In this document: positions 45,525 through 53,546 of the stretch, piece after piece | Numbering within the stretch: position 1 is the stretch's first letter | Layout of the letters: every line of letters begins with the position of its first letter | Assembly: GCA_005239865.1 (NCBI GenBank) | Contig: SBBC01000020.1 | Coordinates: forward strand, 1 to 62,972 | Source: Candidatus Microgenomatus auricola | Lineage (GTDB): Bacteria; Patescibacteriota; Patescibacteriia; SBBC01 | DNA: 62,972 nucleotides | Reading direction: 5' to 3' | Translations under genes and position numbers: made by a program | Notes under the pieces: model-generated | Databases searched by the model: none | Told to the model about the DNA's origin: nothing | Seen by the model: the letters and a program-made list of their open reading frames with translations, nothing else

Positions 45525-48113
45525 TTACCAGGGAAGCATGAGCTGAATTGGTGGGGACCGTCGGCGGAGCCCAATAAGGCCAAGTCCGAGCAGACCCGCG
45601 CCGGCCAGCGCGATCATGTAATCGAGCATCCCAACCCCGGTCGTGGCCAGCCCGAGGACCCGTGGCGTTTTGACCGTCAGCGTAGCGGTCGCCTTTTTTT
45701 GCTCCACCCCGTCGGCCACGGCAGTCGCGACATTGAGGTGATCGCCTGGCTTCGCGTCTGATTCGACGCGGACATCAACTGTGATCGTGCGACTGTCGCC
45801 GACGTTGATCGTGCCAAGATTCCAGGTAGCGGTGCGGCTCGCGAAGTCGACGAAGGACAGGTCTTTCGGCAGCGTATCAGCGACGACGACGGTGTGGGCG
45901 TCTTCGGTCCCCGTGCTCTTGACGGTCAAGGTGTAGGTCACCACGTCGCCGGGCTTAGCGGTGCTCTGGTTGACTGATTTTGTGATCGACAGGTCGGGCT
46001 GGGTGGCCGCGCCGAGAACCTGCGGAATGACGACCGTCACCGTGGCTGCGGCGGTGACGGGCGGATCGGTTTCGGTTGAATCGATGGCGGCCGTGTTGAC
46101 GATTTGACCGGCGGACGCGTCGGTCGCGATCTGACCGACCCACGTCACCTGACCGTTGCTGCCCGGCGCTTTCGTGCCGAGGTTCCAGGTTATCGTCTTC
46201 GTTGCCGCGTCGTACGCGCCCCCGTCAGCCGCCGAGACGAACGTGACGTTCGTCGGCACCGGATCAGTGATGACGACGTTGGTGGCGTTGGCATTGCCGC
46301 CGACCGACCAGCTGATCGTGTAGGTGACGTTCGTCAGTGGATTGACGGTGGTTGGGTCGGCTTGCTTGGTGAGTCCAAGGGTCGGGGCCGACTGGACCGT
46401 CGTGCTGACCGAATCGCTGACCGGATTCGTCTGGTCAGTATCTAACACGCCGGTGTTCGTGATGACCGTGCCGTTGGTGAGCGGTGAATTGGACTTGACC
46501 GTCAGGGTGACGTTGCCGGACTCGCCGGGGTTGCGGGTCCCGAGGTTCCAGGCAATCGTGCCGGTCGACGAGTCAATCGTGCACGTGCCGGTGGTTGTGC
46601 CGCAGCCCGCCGAAACAAAGGTGGTGTTGGCCGGAAGCGCATCCGTCACGACCGCGGTGGTGGCCGCTGTATTGCCGTTGACCGACCAGGCCAGGGTGTA
46701 CGTGAGATTGTTACCAGCGCTGACGGTTGCCACTCCCTGTTTGTCCATCGCAATGGTCGTCAGTTTTTTGGTGTTCGCGAAGCTGCAGGTCAGGGTTTGC
46801 CCTTTGGCGACGCTGGCATTTAATGTCGTTCCGCTGCCGTTGGTTTGGTCCGAGCAGCTCCACGTCGTGATATAGTTGGCTTCGGCGTTTTCGCTGATCG
46901 TGTACGTGCCGGTGACGAGTCCGAGACCGGCGCCGCCGGCGTTGTCCTGGCTGCCACCAGCGACGTCCCAGGTCCAGCCCTGGGGGTTGGTCCGATCAAC
47001 CACGCCGTCGCTGTTATCATCGTACTGTTTGTTGACGACGAGGGTGCCCGTATCGCGGGCGTTTGTGAAGGTGCACGTCAATCCTGGGATTTCACCGTCC
47101 GACTTGGTGACTTGGGCTGATAGGCCGGTGCCGGTCCCAGACGACTGGTCGGAGCACGACCAACTCGAGCTGTAGTTTGCGATTGCTTCTTCGGTGACTC
47201 TGTAGGCATCGGTGAAAAGCTTCAGGGTTGAACCGCCGACGTTGTCCTGGCTGCCACCAGCGATGTCCCAGGTCCAGCCCTGGGGGTTGGTCCGGTCAAT
47301 CACGCCGTCGCCATTGTCGTCGAAGTTCTTGTTGACCGTCAGGGTACCGGTGTCGCGGGTGTTGGTAACGGTGCAGGAGACAGTCGGTTCCTGGGCGACG
47401 GTGACAGTGTGACTCGTACCGGATGAGCTCGACTCGTCGCTGCAGACCCAGGTCGCGGAGTAACCGGTGATCGGATCTTCCTGAACAGTGACTGATCCTG
47501 TCGGCACCATGACCGTTTGCCCGCCGACGTTGTCCTGGCTGCCACCAGCGATGTCCCAGGTCCAGCCCTGGGGGTTGGTCCGGTCAACCACGCCGTCGCC
47601 ATTGTCGTCGAAGTTCTTGTTGACAGTAATCAATCCCGTATCGTGGACATTGCAGAGTGTGATGACCGTTTCTTGATCCATGGTTACGGGTACCACGACG
47701 AACGGCTCCGGCAGCGGAATTACCGGAAAAGCACAGGTCGCCTGATCCGGACCGCCGAAGCTCCACCCAGTGAACTGATAGCCCGCCGGACCGGTTTCAG
47801 AAACAATCACTCCGCCGACCGGGATGATGCGACTGGCGCCCATGTCGTAGTGCGCCCCGGGATCACTCATGAGAAACCACTTGAAGGAAGCGGGATCAAC
47901 GCTTTCAAAGGTCCCGTCGCCATTAGCGTCAGCCAGCTTGTGGACGGTTAACGTGCCGGTTGGAATCTGGGCCTGGGCCGCAGTCGGACCAGCCAGGAAT
48001 GTACCGGCAAAACTGAGGTTCAGCACGGTCACAATCCCCACCACCCCATTCAGGGTTTTCCAGACGACCTGTCGCGTTGAACGTTGGACGATGAAACGGA
48101 TAAATTGTTGCAT
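45525..48113 (-). CDS. surface adhesin with three tandem ~96-100-aa repeats, DUF11 repeats and LATTG sorting signal
   Basis: 862 aa. Three repeats of TVNKNFDDNGDGV(V/I)DRTNPQGWTWD(I/V)AGGSQDN, then DUF11 modules paralogous to the 1291-aa protein, then a C-terminal LATTG plus TM plus RRRS. Confidence 0.85.
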   Translation of the reverse strand: MQQFIRFIVQRSTRQVVWKTLNGVVGIVTVLNLSFAGTFLAGPTAAQAQIPTGTLTVHKLADANGDGTFESVDPASFKWFLMSDPGAHYDMGASRIIPVGGVIVSETGPAGYQFTGWSFGGPDQATCAFPVIPLPEPFVVVPVTMDQETVITLCNVHDTGLITVNKNFDDNGDGVVDRTNPQGWTWDIAGGSQDNVGGQTVMVPTGSVTVQEDPITGYSATWVCSDESSSSGTSHTVTVAQEPTVSCTVTNTRDTGTLTVNKNFDDNGDGVIDRTNPQGWTWDIAGGSQDNVGGSTLKLFTDAYRVTEEAIANYSSSWSCSDQSSGTGTGLSAQVTKSDGEIPGLTCTFTNARDTGTLVVNKQYDDNSDGVVDRTNPQGWTWDVAGGSQDNAGGAGLGLVTGTYTISENAEANYITTWSCSDQTNGSGTTLNASVAKGQTLTCSFANTKKLTTIAMDKQGVATVSAGNNLTYTLAWSVNGNTAATTAVVTDALPANTTFVSAGCGTTTGTCTIDSSTGTIAWNLGTRNPGESGNVTLTVKSNSPLTNGTVITNTGVLDTDQTNPVSDSVSTTVQSAPTLGLTKQADPTTVNPLTNVTYTISWSVGGNANATNVVITDPVPTNVTFVSAADGGAYDAATKTITWNLGTKAPGSNGQVTWVGQIATDASAGQIVNTAAIDSTETDPPVTAAATVTVVIPQVLGAATQPDLSITKSVNQSTAKPGDVVTYTLTVKSTGTEDAHTVVVADTLPKDLSFVDFASRTATWNLGTINVGDSRTITVDVRVESDAKPGDHLNVATAVADGVEQKKATATLTVKTPRVLGLATTGVGMLDYMIALAGAGLLGLGLIGLRRRSPPIQLMLPW
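46931..47624. repeat. intragenic tandem DNA repeats (3 copies, period 288-300 bp)
   Basis: The 104-bp cores at 47233-47336 and 47521-47624 differ at a single base. A third, more diverged copy lies at about 46931-47036. Confidence 0.85.
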
Positions 48114-48429
48114 GGGTGCTCCTTAAAATGACTTTTCGGTTCCTGCTGGGTCAGGAACGATCTTATGTTAGGAGAGTAATGAAAAAGCCAGCAAAACCAC
48201 ATAAAGTTATTGCCCACGAGCAATTTTGAGCTCGTGAAGGACCCTTATAGTGTTTTGTTGGCTTTCTGCTTGACCCCTCTCTCAAGATGTGGCGAACGAA
48301 CGGTTTGACGTAAGGGAACGAACGACACTCCATAGAGCGAGTGAAAAGGGGCGACCTCCCTCTTGGTATTAACGAGCGACAGTTTTGGACGGTCTTTTTT
48401 TGGGTTTTTTGAAGATGAGTTTCGAAAGA

Positions 48430-48458
48430 ACTTTATTGAGAACGGTGACTTTTGTCAA
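48430..48458 (-). promoter_or_regulatory. sigma70-like promoter candidate (TTGACA-17-TAAAGT) upstream of the adhesin operon
   Basis: On the minus strand, TTGACA sits at 48458-48453, followed by a 17-nt spacer and TAAAGT at 48435-48430. This implies a roughly 310-nt leader before the 48113 start. Confidence 0.35.
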
Positions 48459-48671
48459 GGACTACACTACTACAATGACGCAGCCAAAGTGTACAAGGTT
48501 TTACCCTGCCGGGCAAGGAAAATGTTGGAAGCACGAGGATAGCGCTAAAAATCGTTATTGAAGAGGGATGGAATGGACTTATCCACAGCCCTGTGCACTT
48601 TTTTCGGTAAACAGGGATTTTGAAGATTGAAGTCCATCATTTCTGGAGTGTTCTGCTATACTGTAAAGAAC

Positions 48672-49289
48672 ATGAAGGAACTGATTAAACGCCTGAAAGC
48701 CGAAGGCATTTTGCGGACGCCCCGCATCATCCAGGCGTTTGAGAAGGTCAACCGGGAGGGATTTGTGACGCCAGAGTACCTCGGCGAGGCGAGTGTTAAC
48801 GAACCGCTACCGATCGGTTACGGGCAGACGATTTCCCAGCCGCTGACAGTGGCGTTCATGTTGGAACTCCTGCAGCCGGAACCGGGGAATCGAGTGCTTG
48901 ATGTCGGTGCCGGCTCGGGGTGGACGGCGGCGCTCTTGGCGGACGTCGTTGGACCGGAGGGGAAAGTCTACGCGGTTGAACGTATTCCGCAATTGAAGAA
49001 GTTCTGCAGCGACAACGTCAGACGCGCCGGGTACACGAACGTCGAGGTTCTGACGAGCGACGGGAGCAGGGGACTTTCCGAACAGGCGCCGTTCGATCGG
49101 ATTGAGGTCGCCGCCGCGGCCAAAGAAATTCCGCCTGCCCTGATTGATCAGCTCGCGGTCGGCGGGAAACTCGTCATTCCGGTCGGCGAATACGTCCAGG
49201 ACGTCGTGCTCGTCGAAAAACTTCGACGCGGCCAGTACCGCGAACGCCGGTTTCCTGGTTTTCAATTCGTACCACTGGTTACCGAGTGA
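48672..49289 (+). CDS. pcm: protein-L-isoaspartate O-methyltransferase
   Basis: GQTISQP and VLDVGAGSGWTAA motifs. Start MKELIKRL at 48672. Confidence 0.9.
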   Translation: MKELIKRLKAEGILRTPRIIQAFEKVNREGFVTPEYLGEASVNEPLPIGYGQTISQPLTVAFMLELLQPEPGNRVLDVGAGSGWTAALLADVVGPEGKVYAVERIPQLKKFCSDNVRRAGYTNVEVLTSDGSRGLSEQAPFDRIEVAAAAKEIPPALIDQLAVGGKLVIPVGEYVQDVVLVEKLRRGQYRERRFPGFQFVPLVTE

Positions 49290-49393
49290 GTGTGGTAGGA
49301 TGCAAGACGTGAATCCCGTTAGAACGTCCTTCGAAAGCTGGCATTACTACCGTAGAGGTCTTGAGATGTTGAAGATTCTAACTTTCTAACGGG

Positions 49394-50470
49394 ATGAAAG
49401 CCGTCATCATGGCTGGTGGCAGCGGCACCCGCTTGTGGCCGCTCTCGCGGAAGTTTACGCCGAAGCAAGGACAGCCGTTTGGCGACCACCAGACGTTGTT
49501 GCAGAAGACGTATCGTCGTCTCCGCCATGGGTGGACGAATCGCGACATCATCGTCTCGACGAGCGTCGAACTGTTCCCGCGCTTACGGTCGCAGTTGCCG
49601 GCGCTGCGACGGAACAACTTCGTCCTCGAAACCGAACGCCGTGACACGGCACCCGCGATCGGTCTGGTCGCGACCTACCTCCATCGGCAGGATCCTCAAG
49701 CCATCATGTTTACCGCTAATGCGGATGCGTACCTCAAAGAAACTGATGAGTACATCCGGGTCGTGCGCGCCGCTGGCGAGGCGGTTTTGCGATATCCAAA
49801 CCAGACCGTGCTGGTCGGCATTAAACCGAGATTTCCCGATACCGGGCTCGGATACATCAAGATGAAGCGACAAGTTGACACGATCAAGAAGTACGAACTC
49901 TTTCTGGTCGACCGATTCGTGGAAAAACCGGATGCCAGAACAGCCGAGCGCTACATCGCGAGTTGGCAGTACCTCTGGAACCCAGCCATGTTTGTTTTCC
50001 GCGTTGACGCGATGCTCGATAAGTTCCGACAGTGGTTACCGCCGACCTATAAGCTCTTGATGAAGATCAAAGATGCGATCGGGACCTCTCGCGAACGCGC
50101 GGCCATTAAACGTCTGTATCCGAAGATGCAGAAAATTTCGATTGACTATGGCATCATGGAGAAAGATCCGTCGATGCTCGTCATTCCGGCTGATCTGACG
50201 TGGTCGGATATCGGTAATTGGGGGGCGGTCTACGAGATGCTGGCGCCGCACGATCGAGCGAACGTTGTCCGTGGTTTGCATGTGACGCACGATTCCCAGG
50301 GAAACATCATTTATAGTCACACCGGTAAACTCATCGCGACGGCGGGCGTCAAGAACATGATCATCATCGAGACGGACGACGCGATTCTCGTCTGTCCGCG
50401 GGACCGTGCGCACGATGTCAAAAAGCTCGTGACCGAACTAGAAAAACACAATCTTCACCGTTATCTCTGA
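49394..50470 (+). CDS. mannose-1-phosphate guanylyltransferase (NDP-sugar pyrophosphorylase)
   Basis: N-terminal AVIMAGGSGTRLWPLSR and EKP (FVEKPD) motifs, 358 aa. Confidence 0.85.
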   Translation: MKAVIMAGGSGTRLWPLSRKFTPKQGQPFGDHQTLLQKTYRRLRHGWTNRDIIVSTSVELFPRLRSQLPALRRNNFVLETERRDTAPAIGLVATYLHRQDPQAIMFTANADAYLKETDEYIRVVRAAGEAVLRYPNQTVLVGIKPRFPDTGLGYIKMKRQVDTIKKYELFLVDRFVEKPDARTAERYIASWQYLWNPAMFVFRVDAMLDKFRQWLPPTYKLLMKIKDAIGTSRERAAIKRLYPKMQKISIDYGIMEKDPSMLVIPADLTWSDIGNWGAVYEMLAPHDRANVVRGLHVTHDSQGNIIYSHTGKLIATAGVKNMIIIETDDAILVCPRDRAHDVKKLVTELEKHNLHRYL

Positions 50471-50471
50471 T

Positions 50472-51509
50472 ATGTCGAAGCGCCGTCAACACCTGCTCGC
50501 CACCGCCGCGTTGGTCCTGTCCATTGCCGCGGTGGTGGCTGGCGCCGTCTGGTTTTTTGCCGAATTGCGGCCGGTGAATGGGGGCGCCGAGCAACGCGTG
50601 ACCGTGACTGTCCTTGCTGGCAGCGGTGTCCGGCAGATCTCGCAGCAACTCGAAGCCGCCGGCCTTCTTCGGAGTCGTCTGGCCTTCGAATTGGCTGTTG
50701 GGCTGGCCGGTTTCAGCCAGCAGCTTCAAGCCGGAACATTTGAACTCTCACGCTCGATGAGCGCGAGCGAGATCGCCCGCTCGATCGCTCAAGGGGCTGG
50801 CGTGAAGGAAGTCGTCATCACGGTTCGGGAGGGATGGACCTCGCGCCAGATCGGCGAAGAATTGGAAAAGCAGGGTTTGGGCAGGATGGCTGATTTTGTG
50901 GTCGCGGCCAGCAGTCACGACTCGCGGACGATTCTGCCCGATGAGAGTTTTGACTTCCTGGCCGGCCGTTCATCTCAAGCGACCCTCGAAGGGTATCTTT
51001 TCCCAGATACCTATCGTTTCTTTCCGGAGGCGCGAGCGGTTGACGTCATCCGCAAGATGCTAGCGAACTTCGGTAAGAAATTAACGCCGGATCTCCGTAT
51101 CGTCGTCACGCAGCAAGGGCGAACGCTTTTTGACGCCGTGACGTTGGCCTCGATCATTGAGCGAGAGGTGGTGAGTGATATCGATCGTCGAAAGGTAGCG
51201 GACATCTTCTGGCGTCGCTTGGACGCCGGCATCCCGCTGCAGTCGGACGCCACAGTCAACTACGTCACCGGAAAGAATCTGCTCCAGCCGACGTTGGCGG
51301 ACACCGAGGTTGATTCGCCGTACAACACCTACAAATACCGCGGTTTGCCGCCTGGACCGATTGGCAATCCGGGGCTCGCGAGTATCACGGCCGTCATTCG
51401 TCCGGAAGCAAACACTGACCTGTATTTTCTGACTGATGCAGCTGGCAATGTCCACTACGCCAAGACGTTTGAGGAGCATCTCGAGAACAAGCGGAAGTAT
51501 CTCCCATGA
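50472..51509 (+). CDS. mltG: endolytic peptidoglycan transglycosylase MltG (YceG family)
   Basis: N-terminal TM, then TLASIIEREV, LQSDATVNY and SPYNTYKYRGLPPGPIGNPG. Confidence 0.9.
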   Translation: MSKRRQHLLATAALVLSIAAVVAGAVWFFAELRPVNGGAEQRVTVTVLAGSGVRQISQQLEAAGLLRSRLAFELAVGLAGFSQQLQAGTFELSRSMSASEIARSIAQGAGVKEVVITVREGWTSRQIGEELEKQGLGRMADFVVAASSHDSRTILPDESFDFLAGRSSQATLEGYLFPDTYRFFPEARAVDVIRKMLANFGKKLTPDLRIVVTQQGRTLFDAVTLASIIEREVVSDIDRRKVADIFWRRLDAGIPLQSDATVNYVTGKNLLQPTLADTEVDSPYNTYKYRGLPPGPIGNPGLASITAVIRPEANTDLYFLTDAAGNVHYAKTFEEHLENKRKYLP

Positions 51510-52177
51510 GTCAACCGCCGCTGGTCATCTCGCTCGGCGGGTCTGTGGTGGTTCCGGACCAGATTGACGTTGATTTCTTGCGAGCGTTTCGGTCGCTCGC
51601 GCGTTTATTGTCCCGACGCCAACGCGTCGTCGTCGTGTGCGGTGGGGGGTCGGTGGCGCGATCCTACGTCGCCCAGGCACGAAGACTGGGTGTGACCGAG
51701 GTCAATGCTCTTCACCGGCTCGGCGTGCGGGCCTGTCAACTTAACGCCGAACTGGTGCGTACCACTCTCGGCGTTCGGATACCATTGTTCTTAGGACGGC
51801 GCCGGTCGGAGATTCCGGCCACCCGACTGTTCGTTGCTGCACCCTACCGCATCGGCGCGACGAGCGACCTGGCGAGCGTCCGTTTGGCCAGACTGCTCCG
51901 CGCACCAGTGATCGTGAACATGACCGACGTTGACGGCGTGTACACGGCTGATCCCCGAAAAGTTGGCCACCCTCGACTGTTTGATACGCTGTCGTGGTCG
52001 GAGTACCGTCGGCTTTTTGCCGCGGTTGTCCGGCCAGGCATGCATGTGCCCTTCGATCCGGCTGCGGCCAGACGCGCCGAGCGACTCCGACTCCGGGTGG
52101 TGGTGCTTTCAGGCAACGTCGGCAACCTTCGCCGCTGGGCTTTAGGAAAAGCCTTTCGCGGCACCGTCTTGGGTTGA
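51506..52177 (+). CDS. pyrH: UMP kinase, archaeal-type (amino-acid kinase fold)
   Basis: LVISLGGSVVVP, VVVCGGGSVAR, and NMTDVDGVYTADPRK, which closely matches archaeal PyrH. Confidence 0.8.
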   Translation: MSQPPLVISLGGSVVVPDQIDVDFLRAFRSLARLLSRRQRVVVVCGGGSVARSYVAQARRLGVTEVNALHRLGVRACQLNAELVRTTLGVRIPLFLGRRRSEIPATRLFVAAPYRIGATSDLASVRLARLLRAPVIVNMTDVDGVYTADPRKVGHPRLFDTLSWSEYRRLFAAVVRPGMHVPFDPAAARRAERLRLRVVVLSGNVGNLRRWALGKAFRGTVLG

Positions 52178-52202
52178 CACGACTTTCCCCGTACGATATA
52201 CT
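52174..52202 (+). promoter_or_regulatory. sigma70-like promoter (TTGACA-17-TATACT) for rplJ-rplL
   Basis: TTGACA at 52174-52179 overlaps the pyrH stop. A 17-nt spacer precedes TATACT at 52197-52202. Confidence 0.6.
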
Positions 52203-52403
52203 TTTTTTGACTCCGTTTGAGATCCCAAGACCGTCGGTCCCCAGTACTATTCGATAACGCTCAGGTACAGGGCCTGCCCTGAACCCGGCGAGCGCAGCAA
52301 GGAATGGTTCGGAGATAATGCCAGAAACGGCGCCGACGCAGGAAAACGGAGGATGAGTTCTTGGGGTCTTGGCGGACCCGTATTTTGTATCAAGGTAACG
52401 GCA
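52203..52403 (+). promoter_or_regulatory. long 5' leader of rplJ (possible L10 autoregulatory leader)
   Basis: About 200 nt lie between the consensus promoter and the rplJ ATG. The position matches the L10(L12)4-binding leader known in other bacteria, but the structure was not verified. Confidence 0.3.
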
Positions 52404-52940
52404 ATGGCGAAGACGCGACACAAGAAGGAGACTGAAGCCGCCGGATTGGCGAAAAAATTTCAGCGGATGAGCGTGGCCGTGTTTTCGTCGACCGCCGGTT
52501 TGAAGGTGAAGGACGTCAACACCTTGCGATCAACACTTCGCGCGGCTGGCATTGATCATCGAGTTGCAAAGAAAACGATTATCCGTCGGGCCTTGGCAAG
52601 CGCCGGATTGGAGAAGATTGACCTCGGAGCAGTAACTGAAAGCTTCAGCGTGACTTTCGGCTACGCCGATGAAGTCGCACCAGCGCAACTTCTAGCGCAG
52701 TTTGCCAAAACGCACGAGTCTTTGAAATTCCTTGGCGGGATCATGGGTGGTACGTTCATGACGGCGGAGCGGGTACAAGCGCTGTCGCGGCTGCCGTCGC
52801 GCGATGAACTGCGCGGCCAACTCGTCGGGACCATCGCCGCGCCGCTGTCGGGCTTTGTGTCGGTGCTGGTCGGCAACGTACGCGGACTGGTCAGAACTAT
52901 TGATGGCTATCGTCAACAGCGAGTAGTAACAGGCTTATAA
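52404..52940 (+). CDS. rplJ: 50S ribosomal protein L10
   Basis: Start MAKTRHKKE. The L10 pattern is [24 protein letters not shown] ... [24 protein letters not shown]. Lies upstream of rplL. Confidence 0.9.
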   Translation: MAKTRHKKETEAAGLAKKFQRMSVAVFSSTAGLKVKDVNTLRSTLRAAGIDHRVAKKTIIRRALASAGLEKIDLGAVTESFSVTFGYADEVAPAQLLAQFAKTHESLKFLGGIMGGTFMTAERVQALSRLPSRDELRGQLVGTIAAPLSGFVSVLVGNVRGLVRTIDGYRQQRVVTGL

Positions 52941-52974
52941 TTTTTATTGTCTAAGGCAATTCAAGGGAGTATCT

Positions 52975-53385
52975 ATGGCAGATGAAGAAAAGAAATCGGT
53001 GGAGGTGCCGGAGAAATTCAAGGCAATGGTCGATCAGATCGAGAAGCTCTCCGTTCTCGATTTGGCTGAGCTCGTGAAGGTGCTCGAGGATAAGTTCGGC
53101 GTGTCAGCGGCCGCACCGGCTATGGTCGCAACCGCTCCGGTGGCCGGTAGTGAGGCCGCGCCAGCCGAAGAAAAGACCGCTTTCAACGTTGAACTGACGA
53201 GCGCCGGCGGTAACAAGATCGCGGTCATTAAGGTCGTCCGCGAAGTAACCGGCAAGGGCTTGAAGGAAGCGAAGGACCTGGTTGACGCCGCGCCGAAAGT
53301 CGTTAAGGAAGGCGCGACGAAGGACGAAGCGGAAGACTTGAAGAAAAAGCTCGAAGCCGCCGGCGCCCAAGTTGCGCTGAAGTAA
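52975..53385 (+). CDS. rplL: 50S ribosomal protein L7/L12
   Basis: [12 protein letters not shown] hinge and [25 protein letters not shown]-terminal domain. Confidence 0.95.
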   Translation: MADEEKKSVEVPEKFKAMVDQIEKLSVLDLAELVKVLEDKFGVSAAAPAMVATAPVAGSEAAPAEEKTAFNVELTSAGGNKIAVIKVVREVTGKGLKEAKDLVDAAPKVVKEGATKDEAEDLKKKLEAAGAQVALK

Positions 53386-53546
53386 CTTTCATCAACCATG
53401 CGTCGCCGGCGTTGGCGATCTGTGAGTGGCTTTATTCGTGTACCAATCCCGCCCGTCTTTGCGTACGCGGGGACGGAAGCGTGTGGGTCTTGTCTCCTGA
53501 AAGCCGAAAGGGGTCTCCTCCCTCGAAGGTCAGTCCGGGGAGCGCT

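Noticed and set aside
51741-52421. 226-aa ORF on the minus strand
   Set aside because: It lies antisense to pyrH and the rplJ leader and is Arg/Pro-rich. The pyrH frame has clear family motifs.
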